NCBI GenBank assembly: GCA_002633005.1
Contig: NMRA01000450.1
Span: 226,876-290,875 of the forward strand
Direction of reading: 5' to 3'
From: Phoronis australis
Taxonomy: Eukaryota > Animalia > Phoronida
Length of the DNA: 64,000 nt
The position numbers and the translations under genes were made by a program. The number at the start of each line of letters is the position of its first letter. Within the stretch, counting starts at the first letter, position 1. The notes below the pieces were generated by a model. That model did no database searches and was not told the origin of the DNA. It saw only the letters and a program-made list of their open reading frames with translations. This document shows, in pieces, positions 26,301 through 37,477 of the stretch.

Positions 26301-29300
26301 CGTCGTTTTTGGGTTAATCATGATAATATGGCATGGCTATACAGACCTGTAATTCCATCAATATTCGTAACAAAGTGTCGTTTAAAAGTGTTGGAGCGCC
26401 ATTTATATTCACTTAAAATCATTTTTAGTCATGGTGGTGTTAAACATTTTGTTGAAGCTTTATGCTTGGTCTTGTGGTTTTGAACGATTATCCGGTCAGT
26501 TAAAAATGTGAATTTATTTTATGGTGTTTCTAATTACGTGAATTATTTTGTGTGTAAACTTGTCCTTCTCCGGAAAAAAGTCACCGTTTTCAGACAATGT
26601 GCTGTGCCATATCCTAATTAAAGTAGTCTATAGTTACCTTGTGTTTAGTGATGTCTGTGTGTGTGAGCATGCTGCAGTGTTGTGCATAGTACTCCGGTAC
26701 ACTTTAGGCATGTGAACAGCGTGTGATCATGCACCCCTGTCTGACCGCTCATGAACACAGTATGAGCATTCAAAGTATTCGCTTTCAACGATTTATTATA
26801 TAGAAAAATGGTATATTGTCTTGGTTTTGTCTATGCATTATTTTTGTCTTGCGCATGAAATGGCTGATAGAACACTGATTGGTCAGCATCCGCCCCACAC
26901 CACCACCATGAATGGTTGATAGAGCTCTGATTGGTCAATATCCTCCCCACGTCATCACATGACGAGCTGCAGACACCCATCATTCTGAGGATGAACTCAT
27001 AGCAAGGATATTAAAAATCTATTACCAGGGCTCAAACAATTTCAAACTATTTTTTGTATTTTCATTTTTAGTTGACGTAGTTCAAACTCGAGCAGTAAAT
27101 TCAAGGACACTTCTTTTGAGTGTGAATGCAAAAATAGGGTGCAAAAGATAAATAGCTTCGAGTTAAGTTCGAGGAACACATTTCAGACCCAAGGCTTATA
27201 TACAAAATATGTGACACCTTAACAATTTGGGAGATTTTTTTCAAACGTTGCTTAATTTCATGCAAGCAGAAAGTGACGAATACAAAAGTGGAAATGTGCC
27301 GTCTAAATTTTACACAATATAGAAACTACAAAGAAATGGTGCGAGTAACGTCTAGAGGCTAAGCGAACTGATTCAAGTACCGAAATGGTCTTCTATTTCA
27401 GCCCAACCAAGTTATGGTGGTAACAGAGGCAGGTCTGGGGTGAGTATTGGTTGTGGCTCAGTGTTTTGAGCTCCGGACTCCCGTTTAGGAGACCCGGGTT
27501 CAAATCCTGGCTTTACTGTCTTACAGTCGAGCATTGCACAAATTTAAGGTGACTCCTACTCCTCTGTGCTCGATCCTATAAATGTATGCCAGACGGTGAA
27601 TGAGAACCTGGGCATAATGCGAAAGCAATGTCGGGCTGTATTCGTATGTGGGTATTTGTTGTCATGGTAATGTCATGTGTCTCGAAAAACACTTCCTTCT
27701 AACGACCCAATACAAGTTGAAATTTTTTGAACTTGCCGAGTCTGCTAAGACTCAGTTTGAAACCGTTACGGCGCGAGTGAACCACTCTGCACCTTCCTGT
27801 AATTTGTGTAGATTTGTGCCAAAACTTACTTGGAATTAAAGCTATGTTATGAAGTTGTCCAATGAAAACTTTGAGGTACTGAAAGCCACATGTAGTGCCA
27901 TGTTTAAAGCTTAAGCACAATGGACAACATGATACACATGTATTCTTGGTCAACGTTAGAATGGCGGTTTTTAATACTCCACACGTTAATGAAACACTCC
28001 CAGTTGCTGTGACCGGCCCCATCGCAAGCCCCATTTAGCACGGCGGATCTGGGTTCTGAGATTTTCCACCATATTTCCTTGCTTTCTGCTACCAAAATGG
28101 TAGCAGAAAGCATCAGATTACTCTACACAGATGTCACTGGTCTTTGAGTTCTTGCTGTGGCCACAAACTTGTTCTGTCCACGGCAGCACTACCGCTTCGG
28201 ACTGACGAGAACCCACGACTACCATGACTTGGAAATGCACCCAGTTATCAAAAATGTTAACACAGTCTTTCAGCATGCAGCATTTCTTCATTTAATCGGC
28301 ATTATTCAGTGAATTAAACCTTTGCCTGGTGTTGTGATGTTTTCAAATCAGACTTGGGAACTAAAGATATTGTAATGAGACACTGCGGAAGACGTCTAGG
28401 TTCACAGGCTGACTCCTAAGCTGTGATGCATTAAGGTTATGGTTTCGTTGTCTCGTTGACGTCATTATACCACTATGCTGATTGGTTGAGAAATTGCTGG
28501 GGCGCCCAAAGGGGAAGTTAATGCGGCAACAATTTACCGTTCAAAAATAGATGCAGTTCAAGTGTCAACTGACATTTTGTCTATTTCATGCGTCGGCTTT
28601 CAAACCTCTGTGTTCTGGGTGGAACTTTGAAAGTTTTTACTGTGGCGAATATGCATGTCTTATCTTACACATTTTACAGTCACATTAAGAATGAAATGTT
28701 TTTCGTCTCGTATGTAATAGCGTACGTCCTAAGTGGTAGCAAGTTTGATGTTATTTAAAGATGTATTTGTGTGCTCCTAGCTGTGCTAATGTGTAGCGGG
28801 GACTAAATGACTACTATTTGAACATCATCTAGGCTAAATAAAGTGCAGTTGTATTCACTGTCTGCTTGTAAATGTGAAAACAAAAATTCTGTAAATAGGT
28901 GACCTTTGCACTAATGACATACCTTGGGGGCTTACATAACCCTCGTCATGTAGTGTTATTCCCCAACACCACATCACGATACTCACTGGACAAGGTTGAG
29001 TGATTCACGGCGGATCACTTTCGACACAAAACTCGTCCTTAAAAACATTCGGCAATTTTCAAGCTGCTTCATATTCACATCGTCGCTATATGTTGTGCTT
29101 CTAATTTGACCAAGCAATCAAGCAAGGATTTGGCGTGCAAGTTATGTTTGTGTGCAGTCAAACCGCATTACAACAAAACGTTCTTGGGACCTCATATATC
29201 CGTAGTAGCTCACTGAAACCAGCTCAACTTGTATACAGCATTGTCGGCTTGGGAGGTGTGGAATGGACGATTAGAAATAAGGGAACATGCATTGTATGTG

Positions 29301-29541
29301 GATTTAACTGTATTCTGTCGTATTTACAAAGCATAGCATGACACAAGATGTTCTGTTACAGTTGGTGTGCCGAGCTATTTATGACTACACAGCGGCTGAT
29401 ACTGACGAGGTGTCATTCACAGAAGGTGACTGCATCGTTAACTGTCAGGTGATCGACGAGGGATGGATGACAGGAGTGGTGCAGAGGACAGGACGTCAGG
29501 GCATGCTACCCTCCAACTATGTTGAACCCATCAATCAATAG
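5264..29541 (+). CDS. LASP1: LIM and SH3 domain protein (LASP / LIM-nebulette family), multi-exon gene span; exon 1 upstream of window
   Basis: Exons 5264-5358, 14495-14579, 17196-17370, candidate microexons 17896-17907/18271-18297/18571-18612/19637-19672, 22978-23145, 24728-25076 and 29362-29541 join in frame through GT-AG introns, apart from a 1-nt deficit at the N at 24894. Order is LIM C-terminal half, two nebulin repeats, Pro/Gln linker, SH3. The symbol denotes the invertebrate family member, not one-to-one orthology. Confidence 0.95.
9086..9319. mobile_element. MITE family A relative (TA-flanked, Tc1/pogo-like TIR TACSGTAAAATCTYACCA)
   Basis: taccgtaaaatcttaccaatttcggac ... gtcctaaagtggtgagattttaccata; related pieces at ~8425-8620, ~16300-16508, ~40255-40445 and ending at ~60474. 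Confidence 0.7.
13232..13327. repeat. imperfect (CAG)n microsatellite in LASP intron
   Basis: CAGCAG runs interrupted by CCT/CA. Confidence 0.9.
13448..13697. mobile_element. small MITE with internal GTAAAT..ACAC repeats
   Basis: ttagcagcttttacac at left and tgtaaatggggcgtta at right form a degenerate inverted pair; repeated tgtaaatatacactc inside. Confidence 0.45.
14051..14240. repeat. 14-nt minisatellite (GCCGAGTCCCTRAA)n with an assembly N at 14146
   Basis: About 13 near-perfect copies. Confidence 0.95.
14495..14579 (+). CDS. LASP1: LASP exon 3 ([28 protein letters not shown]; end of LIM, start of nebulin repeat)
   Basis: ttgtttcag acceptor, AAT|gtaagt donor, 85 nt, phase 2-0; VADTPEN..QS motif. 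Confidence 0.96.
15060..15790. mobile_element. degenerate fragment of the Helentron-type (HINE) family seen at 31328 and 62650
   Basis: Shared motifs gattttcatgaaa, ctagtggccattttt and catttcaatgctt. Confidence 0.55.
16915..17153 (-). mobile_element. tRNA-derived SINE (family 1)
   Basis: Minus strand reads GAGGCAGTGTGGCCTAGCGTG (A box) ... GGTTCGAGTCCCAC (B box); the body matches 47595-47775 on the plus strand. Confidence 0.8.
17196..17370 (+). CDS. LASP1: LASP exon 4 (nebulin repeats: [58 protein letters not shown])
   Basis: ctgatacag acceptor, G|gtaggg donor, 175 nt, phase 0-1; SNxxY nebulin motifs. Confidence 0.95.
17896..17907 (+). CDS. LASP1: candidate 12-nt LASP microexon (VLPD)
   Basis: ctgac branch-like motif, T-run and cccag acceptor; ATG|gtatga donor; symmetric phase 1, no stop. 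No transcript evidence. Confidence 0.5.
18271..18297 (+). CDS. LASP1: candidate 27-nt LASP microexon (GQPAGAPPI)
   Basis: tctccctcgtctgtcatcag acceptor, TAG|gtaaca donor; GC-rich island in AT-rich intron; symmetric phase 1. Confidence 0.7.
   Translation, partial: VNQLGRHL
18571..18612 (+). CDS. LASP1: candidate 42-nt LASP mini-exon ([14 protein letters not shown])
   Basis: tttttgttttag acceptor, CTG|gtaact donor; symmetric phase 1, open frame, linker-like composition. Confidence 0.7.
19637..19672 (+). CDS. LASP1: candidate 36-nt LASP mini-exon ([12 protein letters not shown])
   Basis: ctattgtctacttcag acceptor with ctaag upstream, ACG|gtaatc donor; symmetric phase 1, open frame. Confidence 0.7.
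20085..20450. repeat. 45-nt minisatellite (TGTGTGGGCCTGTTGTTCATGTATGAACTTTGTACCTATACACAG), about 8 copies
   Basis: Direct tandem copies; explains the repetitive ORFs at 19986-20511. Confidence 0.95.
20889..20950. repeat. 20-nt tandem triplication (GAGTATGGATCCTTTTCGA-like)
   Basis: Three near-identical copies. Confidence 0.9.
21144..21493. mobile_element. MITE family B copy, inverted relative to 4689-5082
   Basis: gttccgtccacacac ... gtgtgtgggcggcac|taa; shares catatccgataactag and ctcgttccaggagtaa with the first copy. Confidence 0.78.
21613..21861. mobile_element. intact ~250-bp MITE family A copy
   Basis: tacggtaaaaactcttcaatttgggac ... tcccaagctgatgaatgtttacagta; TA at both ends. Confidence 0.78.
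22082..22499. mobile_element. ~420-bp MITE family C, long TIR GTTGCATGAAACAGTCCCAAATAGGGACTCAACTAAG
   Basis: Clear ~40-bp inverted termini; a second, interrupted copy spans 31143-35073. Confidence 0.85.
22978..23145 (+). CDS. LASP1: LASP linker exon ([56 protein letters not shown])
   Basis: tttacag acceptor, AAG|gtagga donor, 168 nt, phase 1-1. Confidence 0.88.
24728..25076 (+). CDS. LASP1: LASP proline-rich linker exon ([12 protein letters not shown]... YREPSPPP repeats ...EESIDEGS)
   Basis: tttacag acceptor; reading frame shifts exactly at N 24894. Donor AGT|gtaaca at 25076 gives the phase 0 needed by the SH3 exon; an alternative AAG|gtagtg donor at 25071 is phase 1. Confidence 0.85.
27449..27729 (+). 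mobile_element. tRNA-derived SINE (family 2), degenerate
   Basis: TGGCTCAGTG A box and GGGTTCAAATCC B box at tRNA spacing, followed by a non-tRNA body and T-rich end. Confidence 0.65.
29362..29541 (+). CDS. LASP1: LASP terminal coding exon, SH3 domain ([19 protein letters not shown]...[13 protein letters not shown])
   Basis: ttctgttacag acceptor; AIYDY, WM.G and LPSNYV SH3 motifs of the nebulin/LASP type; TAG at 29539-29541. Confidence 0.97.
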   Translation: MVCRAIYDYTAADTDEVSFTEGDCIVNCQVIDEGWMTGVVQRTGRQGMLPSNYVEPINQ

Positions 29542-30907
29542 AGACATAAATATCCAGTTTTTATTACCAGCATAGTCGAGTTACTAGACAATTTTGTGAA
29601 GGAGCTTTTGTTGTGTAGTGAACGAGCAATTTTCAAATTCTCAGGTTTGTAGTTCCACTGTTGGCCAATAGGAGTCTGCACAACTTGTACACAGTCCAGT
29701 GTTTTGATGAGTCAACAAGGCGCTACCTGATTGACACAACATCTTTTATGCTGTCTGAGCTTCTTAGGTTGTTAATGCAGACACATGCACAAATTAAATA
29801 ATTTCCGTATTGTGCGCTATCTTTGGAAAGAACAATGAAAATCTTGTTGTGGACAGATATGTGATGCAGATGAAATTCCAGATTGCAGAATGTCCCATTG
29901 TGTGTAACGTGTTTCTTTTCACAAGTTGTGACTTACCGTGAGCAGAGTATGTGGTGGTCTGAATTTGAATTGTGTAATACAGCAGTTTAGTTTTTGTTGC
30001 CATGGCAATCAGCCTGTTGTACACTGTCATCTGGTGATAATCCTACAGTATTCTTTCAGCAACCTGCTCTGAATCACATCAGTAAGTTGCTTAATGTCAT
30101 CATGTATGTGTAGTATTTTAGTGTTTTATTTTGTACTCTGTGTTTTCTTGAGGCAAAGTGACCTCGCCTTACTGTGGATCATCCATGACATCTCACATTA
30201 AGAGTTCTGATGCAACAAAATTGTAAACATTTAGACACCATGAATGAATATGGAGTTGAATTGTGATTGGTAGGTGGTGTGGTGACATAATGGCATATTT
30301 ACCAATGTATGTGGCAGATTTGATGAGAGTAAACCTCTGTAATCTGAGTCTTACTTTTATAGAAAGCTATAATTTTCTCGACAGCCAACTTCAGTTTGGA
30401 ACAAATTTAGTGCGGTGGATCCAGCCACAGAAAGCGTGGTTGAACTCTGCTCACCTCATAGTCTCCACCAAACACAAGCTCACTATTCTAAAAACCTTCA
30501 AGTGGTTTCCATTGGGCACTAAGGTGGCGCCACCTTATGTGGCTTTCAAGAGTATTATTGTGAAGAGGACACATTGCATAATCAAAGTTTACCACTTCAT
30601 CGACATGCACATGCTTGATTATAGATATATATTATATATAAAACTGCCTGGCTGGTTGAAATATAGTCTTGGCTACTGCTTAGTAAATAATTTGTACTAT
30701 TTTCTAGGTCTGCTACATGTATGAGAAGGTCAGTGTTTCAAATTGTACAGTAGGGTGGAAGTTGCATAGTACATTGGCATGAGTACTTGTCCAAAATGTA
30801 TAGGGTCCGTGTTGACGCTAAGAAAAGTTTGTGTGCAGCCGTACTATTTATGCTTGTATATTCTCTGTGTAACTTGTTCAACCTCTTGGTTGAATTTTCT
30901 GCCTATA

Positions 30908-30913
30908 AATAAA
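30908..30913 (+). terminator. probable LASP polyadenylation signal (AATAAA), implying a ~1.4 kb 3' UTR
   Basis: AATAAA after a U-rich, TGTA-rich stretch and just before the repeat-rich intergenic region. Confidence 0.6.
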
Positions 30914-32487
30914 CACTGTTCAATGTTACTCCTGGCTTCAATTGCCCACAGTCTTACATAGCCACACAATGAAATATAGGCTTAGGAAGCCAGGAGAGAC
31001 AGCTCCACTCTTGCCAAACTGTTGTGTAGTGAAGAATTCTCATGAAAAGTGTTGGATACTGTGAGAAGAGTTTTGTGAAATTGGCTTGAAAAAGGCCTTT
31101 GAAATTCAACATAAATTACTCCCTGCTTGTTCAGTAGTCCAGTGCCAGGTTGCATGAAACAGTCCCAAATAGGGACTCGACTAAGTTTCCTAAATCGCTT
31201 GCCTATTTGCGTCTTTGTTTACTCACAGGTGTAATCTTTTTCTATCATTTCATCTTTATTATGAGCTCCTCTTTGACTAGTGATTTTCTGATAGATATAA
31301 CTAAAAACGGAGCCCAGAATTCAATGACAAGAGCACCGTGGAGCGTTGAAATGCACCCACGAATGCATTGCAAAAAGCGTGCTTTTAGGGTTATTTATTT
31401 TTGTATCATAAAAATGGCCACTAAATGGCGCAAAAACATACAATCCATCCAAAAACAGGAGCATGCCATATTTCATAAAAATCTGTAAAGAAACTTCAGA
31501 GAAACAAAGGAAAACAATAAAATTAAATTGCCACTAGTGGGCACAGTGTCCGTTGGATCCGCCTCAAAGTCGTCGTCTGTTGTTATCTTCCTATAAATAC
31601 TCTTACTAAATTTAGTAAAGATCCTGCAGTGGGTTTAGGAGACACAACTATGGGTGCAAAGCAAAACTACCACTAGGAGGCGCCACAGTAGTCACCATCT
31701 TCAAAGGTCGTCTTCTGACATTGAGAACATAGATGCCAATTTTCAAATGATGTTGATACAGGGGTGGATACCAAAAACAAGATTTGAAAACAGCAAAAAA
31801 ATGGCCACTAGGTGGTGCAAAATATCTATGTTCCATCCAAAAACAGGAAGATAGCGTCATCACACCAATAGATGCCTATATTTAAAATTTTATGAAAATC
31901 TGTTGAGGACCTTTGAAGATACTGAGTTAAACGTAAAAAACTAAATTTGCCACTAGGGGGCACAGCAGTAGTCAGATCTGCCCGAAAGTCGTCGTCATCC
32001 GTAGTTGACATATAAATACACTTGCTAAATTAAGTAAAGATCCTGCGAACGGTTTAGGAGATACAGCCATAGGTGCAACAAAAACAAAATGCCACTAGGA
32101 AGAGCCTCAGTAGTAGAAATCGGAAAATCATCGTCAACCGTCCTCTTAATAGTAAGCACATACATGCCAATTTTCACAATCATCCTTTGAGCGGTCAGGT
32201 TGATAGAGGGGTGGACGCAAAACACTGACTCGCAAAACAGTAAAAATGGCCACTAGGTGGTGCAAAATACGTTGAATCTTTCCGAAAACGGAGGATAGCG
32301 TCACCCCACTAATAGGTGGCTACGATATTAAATTTCATGAAAATCCGTTAAGGACTTTTGAAGATACAAAGGTAAACGTAAAAAAATAAAATTGCCACTA
32401 GGGGGGCACACCGGTGGTCGGATCCGTCCGAAAGTTCTCTCATGCCGTCCCATTCATGAATGGAACATATGTGCCAAATTTCATGAA

Positions 32488-34743
32488 CAGTGGCGGATCT
32501 ACGGGGGGTTCAGGGGGTTTAAACCCCCCTTTGGGCCAGGACCTAAAAATAAAAAACAAAAACGTCTCCAGCAAAACCGGCACCGCTCATGGCGTGTGTA
32601 AACCTCAAGTAAACCAACTTGGAAAAAATTGAGGGGGGTTCACCCTGAAAATATAATTTTTTGCATTGGGGTGAATTGCCGAGTCTTCGTGGCTCATCGG
32701 CTAAATGCGCGGAGATCAATTGTACACTTCCGTCGACACTTCTGAAGTAGCAAAGCATTTTAGATGGATCCACCGATGAAAGAGCAGTTCCATAGCTGAT
32801 TCCTTTAGGTAACTAGCTTCTTTACTCTAAAAGTATGTTTTGATTTAGGGGAAATGCTGTGGTGCCGCAACCCTGATATTCAGGCCGTGTCATTGTATTA
32901 CACTCCACACGTTTGTAACTGATGTATAGTAAAGTTGTCTTGCGCAATATCGTACAGTGTACATGTACATGTAATATTTTTGAGAAAAATTCTTTTTCCG
33001 AAGAATTGCTATTGTGGCGGGCGCCGTGGTCTGGTCGCCAGTCCGTTTGAAGATACACTCCAACAAGTTATGTCTATACAAGGAATGACCAAGGGGGGAC
33101 TCACATTGACAAAGTGACCGCATTCGCAAACAGTGTACATTATCAGAAATTGCAGGGAGGCTTGCGGGACTCGTCCGATGTTCCGAATAAGCCTAGTTCC
33201 GACCTAAACACCTACCGTCTTTCTACCTGCAATAAGCACACTGCCGTCTTCTATACTGGGAATTTCCGCAGAAAGGTCCACCCGGTGAAACGCTCATGCC
33301 CATGGGCATTTATTTGGTGTTAGTACGTCGGGTTTCAAGCGTTCAGACATTGGGACGTTTATTTCGACAATTGCAAGAGATGCAAATAGGTCCTGGGATA
33401 CATCGTCAAGGTTTGAAGTAGTCCATAATGAAAGGATCAAATTTAGTTGCGCATGTAAGTCTTTTAAATAGATTGGGCAACCTCAAGGGTCTTAGTGCAG
33501 TGCCAACTGAGCTGCGAAACGGTCGAGATGCTGACATTGTAAAGGCTTACGAGCTCATTGACACAGGAGTTGACTAAGTGCAAGCGCTGGGAACAAACAT
33601 CGAAAATATCTGGGTAGAATGGTTCCAAGACGAGCAAACCATTGGAACCGATATACAGATTCCTCTGAAGTCTAGACAACAGAAGGATAGGACTAACGTA
33701 TGAGTAACCACTGGGGATTAAAAAGTCTCTAGAGAGAAGTTTTCAATTCAATTTTTTTTGCATAGTACACTTTAGGTCTCACGACGGACCAGGCCAGCTC
33801 GACTTGTGTATGGTGAGTTTCTGTGTACTTCTGGTCCCTCGGCGAACTAGTCTTGTGATTTTCTTTTTTATCAAAGTGTGCTTTGTAAAACAATTTATCT
33901 CAGCCAGCACTGTTTGGTCCCGCGACAGATCGACTATTTTTATAGGGATAACAAGCACAGGTGTACTCTTGGTCTCGTGACGGACCAGGTCAGACTTTTT
34001 GTGTACTCTCAGTGCACATCTGGTCCCTCTGCAAACTACTCCAGTATATCTTTTCATCACTGTGCACAGGATGTCTTGGTTTCGTGAAACTGTTTTCAGA
34101 TGATTTGTTTCCTGAAACATTTGACGTTTTTCAATTGTTGTCAACGTGATTCAGCTTAGTAAAGTGATACTTAATTATTTATTGTCGCTATAATAATAGA
34201 CTATAAGCTGAGAGCACCATCGTTCGCCAGTTTTTCTTGTAGTGAGACAGAACACATTAATGTTTATTTCCGGACTAACAGTACAGGTCTTCGTTCTTAA
34301 ACAGCTTGAGGCTGTTGCGATCATCTGATATTCAAGTTTTTACGCCTCGTCGGTGCTCCTTATGTTCTTGAATATTTGGAAGTTGTCTAAACCCCTGTAT
34401 ACACACCACACTTTTTCGTATACGACTTTTCGTATACTAAAAATGTGTGTGTAAGCAGATGTTCCAACAAAAAATTTTGCTGGTGGCGTGACTCATTCCC
34501 AGATGTGCACAATATGGTTTCACGAAACTTATGAGCCAAGTTCATGTGACGAAATCGAGAAGGGTTTTTAATTATCTTAAGAAAAACTCAAGAGACATGT
34601 TAAGTGCCAGAAACTTACCAGGATGCATGGAAATTTCACTATTTGGCTACAAAAAAAATGTCTTACACGCGCCACGCGCCTAGGATTCAACCTTTGCGGG
34701 AATCCTAACCCCCCCCCTTACTGAAAACGTAGATCCGCCACTG
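32488..34743 (+). mobile_element. hAT-superfamily DNA transposon with decayed transposase, 16-bp perfect TIR and 5-bp TSD (hAT5-like)
   Basis: TIR CAGTGGCGGATCTACG / CGTAGATCCGCCACTG; ATGAA duplicated at 32483-32487 and 34744-34748. Confidence 0.85.
33030..33710 (+). pseudogene. hAT transposase remnant (THAP12/PRKRIR-like class)
   Basis: Hand translation gives LKGL...GRDADIVKAYELIDTGVD*VQALGTNIENIWVEWFQD...SRQQKDRTNV, resembling the mid region of hAT transposases; several stops and frameshifts. Confidence 0.6.
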
Positions 34744-35314
34744 ATGAACGTATGTCAAAGCGTTTTGGAGATAGAGCAGAGGACGCCGGACGGACGCCGC
34801 CCGGACGGACGGACGGAGATGACGGCATAATGCGTCCACATATAAATATGTGGGCGCATAAAAATAAATAGGGACTTAGTCCTTAAGTTAGGAGCCTTGC
34901 ATGTTAAGATCCCTATACATTTTCAATAACGCTGAGATTTCAACGTGGAGTTCACTCTCGGTTTGTATCGAAGCCAAAAGTTGACTTAGTAATGAAACTA
35001 AAACGGCGGAAAAAGGACAATCGGTGTTTTTTCAAGTCCATTTAATATACAGTATATTAAGGAAACTTAGTTGTTAGTCTATCCATCCAAGGAAATTCAT
35101 AACCAAAGAGAAATTAAATCTGCTCTATATGTTACTACAACCAGTCAACAATTTTTGTAAAATACAAAACAGGTGGCGTGCTGATCAGATTTTTAATTGC
35201 ACAAACAAACTTGTTTATTTGGAAAAATACAGTGTACAATAATAAGAGTTCAGCCCAAGTAGCGTCACAATATTACGCACACACAAATATCAGTACATAC
35301 AGATGAATCTACGT

Positions 35315-35318
<4 letters not shown>

Positions 35319-35355
<37 letters not shown>
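35319..35355. repeat. (CA)n microsatellite
   Basis: Perfect AC run. Confidence 0.95.
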
Positions 35356-35358
<3 letters not shown>

Positions 35359-36164
35359 AATCCATTACGAGTAATTTTTTTCGAAAGTTAACACTTGTTT
35401 TAGGACCTAAGCTTATTTAGGCCAAAGGTAACTTCTTTCCGTAAATTACTGTAACAAGAGATTTTAACACCCAAAACTGTCTTGTTGAAAAACTCCTGGC
35501 ATGTAGTATGATAGGTTGTCGAAAGTGGTTCTACAACGAACTGGAAAAATGTCGGAGTCCAAGTTACTCGATCCAGGTATCCACCGGCCAGGGCCGCAAG
35601 TCGATGCTTGTAATTAAAGAATGGCCAGTGCAATTGTCAGGTTTGTTGGCTAATTTTGCCTAGAAATCGCTGATTCTACGGAATAGTATCGCTTGCTGAA
35701 CAATAATAACAAAATGAAAATGAAGCAATGAAATTAATTAGGCTTCATTTGATAACTACAACTCTCGATTAAAACTAATGCAGTCGAACAGGCAGCCGGA
35801 ACAATATTCCCAGTGCAAACTCTCGCGGGTAGTCTCTGGGTCTCAAGCTCTAATAATAGAATACGTAGATCACGTGCGGGAGTTGTACGTCATTCCAGGG
35901 CTACAGGTCTATGGACCCACCGACAAAAATGTCCTGGACATGGTCCCACAGGGTAAATCCAGCACAGGTAGCTGACAAGTGTCTTTTTTCGACTGCTCCG
36001 CCCCCCCCCCCCCCCCCCCCCCCCCCNCCCCCCCCCCCCCGCCCCAGCCGCTTTGCCGCTGGCCCGAAGGTTCAGTCACTCTCACAGAAAATTATGTATG
36101 GTGTGATGTGTATCCTGCCGGCCCCACGGTTCATACGATAATTTAGTGTGGGCTAGGCTATTCT

Positions 36165-37385
36165 GGCCTCCGAGGCGCCAAAGGGTTCTTGAACGAGTAT
36201 CTCATTTTCCTTTCGTAGAAATGTGCTTAATCAGCGAGTAGTTTTGCTCAATCAACGCGTACTTTTGCTTATTCAGTCAACGCGTACTTTTAGTTCTTAA
36301 ACCATCATCGTTCTCATTCAACGCGTACTTTTATGACATCAATTTTATGAAGAAACCTTTTCCTCAGGAGGAAAGTGTTCTTACCTTTTTCTACTCATTT
36401 TATTGATGACAGAGCCACAAGGAAAATACGTGTGCGCTGATTCCACCTTCAACTTAACCCCCCCCCCTCCCGTGATCACAGTTCCATTAGCACTTCAATA
36501 GTGTCTTTGTTGGGTTAACCCAGCTCGGCACAGTGGGGTGACTTGGAGACTTTGAACCTCGGCTGGTTCCATTGAAGCCGCTCCCTAAACAGGAGCTAAA
36601 TGAAGCGTTGAAATGCACTCACAACTGCCATGCAATTCCAGTAGTGTTTTTAATATCGTAAAAATGGCCATTAAACGGCACAGAATACATTGAACCTATC
36701 TAAAGCAAGGTGTCTTCTCTCTTAGAACAATGTCCGGCAAAATTAAATGAAAATCCGCAAAGGAACTCTTAAGACAGACACAGGCGTACACGTAACTCAC
36801 TTTTTTGATGAAAAAAAAAACAAAAAATTCTATTCAGAGGTACAGCAATGGTCCAATTGTTGTCTAGTACACACGCCAAATTGTGACCTTGCAAAACATA
36901 ACTATTTCTAGAATTACATGAAAATAAGCTGACGAAATCCTGGGATATAGAGGCAAATGTAAAAAAGCAATTAACATTAGGGGCCAATGCTATAGTCCGA
37001 TTTGTCTGTAACTCGCCATCTCTTGCCATTACCGTTGTCGTCTCTCATGCGATGTATAATTAAAGTTGGCTGCAAACAGTTAAAGCGCAGATATCGGCAC
37101 CTCGGTGGTTCAGGTGGGACAGCACAAGACCGGCAATCTACAGACCTGTGGTTCGCTTCCCGAGGCAGAGAGGCAGAGAGGCAGGGAGGCAGAGGGGCAG
37201 AGAGGGGCAGAGGAGGCAGAGACAGAGGCAGAGAGGCCTAAGTCTCCCTGTGCACCGCCCGTAGCCCAAGTCGATGGGCGCAGCACTAAAAAAATGGGTG
37301 GTTATAGTTCCCCCAGGCCCCTATAATGGTGCGCCGCCCATGAGAAATGTACTCGTTTAAGAACCCTTTGGCGCTTCGTAAGGCC
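36165..37385. mobile_element. ~1.2-kb element bounded by ~40-bp TIRs, carrying a HINE fragment (~36589-36990) and a GAGGCA repeat (37163-37237)
   Basis: Left ggcctccgaggcgccaaagggttcttgaacgagta versus right tactcgtttaagaaccctttggcgcttcgtaaggcc. Confidence 0.7.
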
Positions 37386-37477
37386 CTTTTACTTCTCCTA
37401 CGCCAATGCGATACTACGCCAATGCGATATACATCCGTCTGCCGACCTCCGCGAAAGCGCAGTACAGGAAATGACCG

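Larger units (their letters stand above)
31328..34860. mobile_element. non-autonomous Helentron-type element (HINE/DINE-1-like) with internal tandem repeats
   Basis: Begins (a)caagagc and ends with a (GGAC)n microsatellite and 14-bp hairpin ATGCGTCCACATAT-aa-ATATGTGGGCGCAT; inserted in an A-run without TSD; repeated gccactaggKggcRca blocks inside. Confidence 0.75.
31143..35073. mobile_element. MITE family C copy split by a 3.5-kb nested insertion
   Basis: 31143-31327 plus 34861-35073 rejoin as ttcaatga|aaaataaa and align with the reverse complement of 22082-22499. Confidence 0.85.

Noticed and set aside
27449-27515. tRNA gene
   Set aside because: No proper acceptor stem; continues into a SINE-like body.
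30263-30724. 153-aa ORF downstream of LASP
   Set aside because: Non-ATG start, no recognisable domain, lies within the probable LASP 3' UTR.
29542-30913. iron-responsive element or SECIS in the LASP 3' UTR
   Set aside because: CAGTG pentamers near 29697 and 30731 lack the required flanking stem, and there is no in-frame TGA to recode.
35997-36045. polyproline ORF or functional G-quadruplex (also poly-G at 5951-5968 and 47333-47356)
   Set aside because: Homopolymer runs containing assembly Ns; their length is unreliable.
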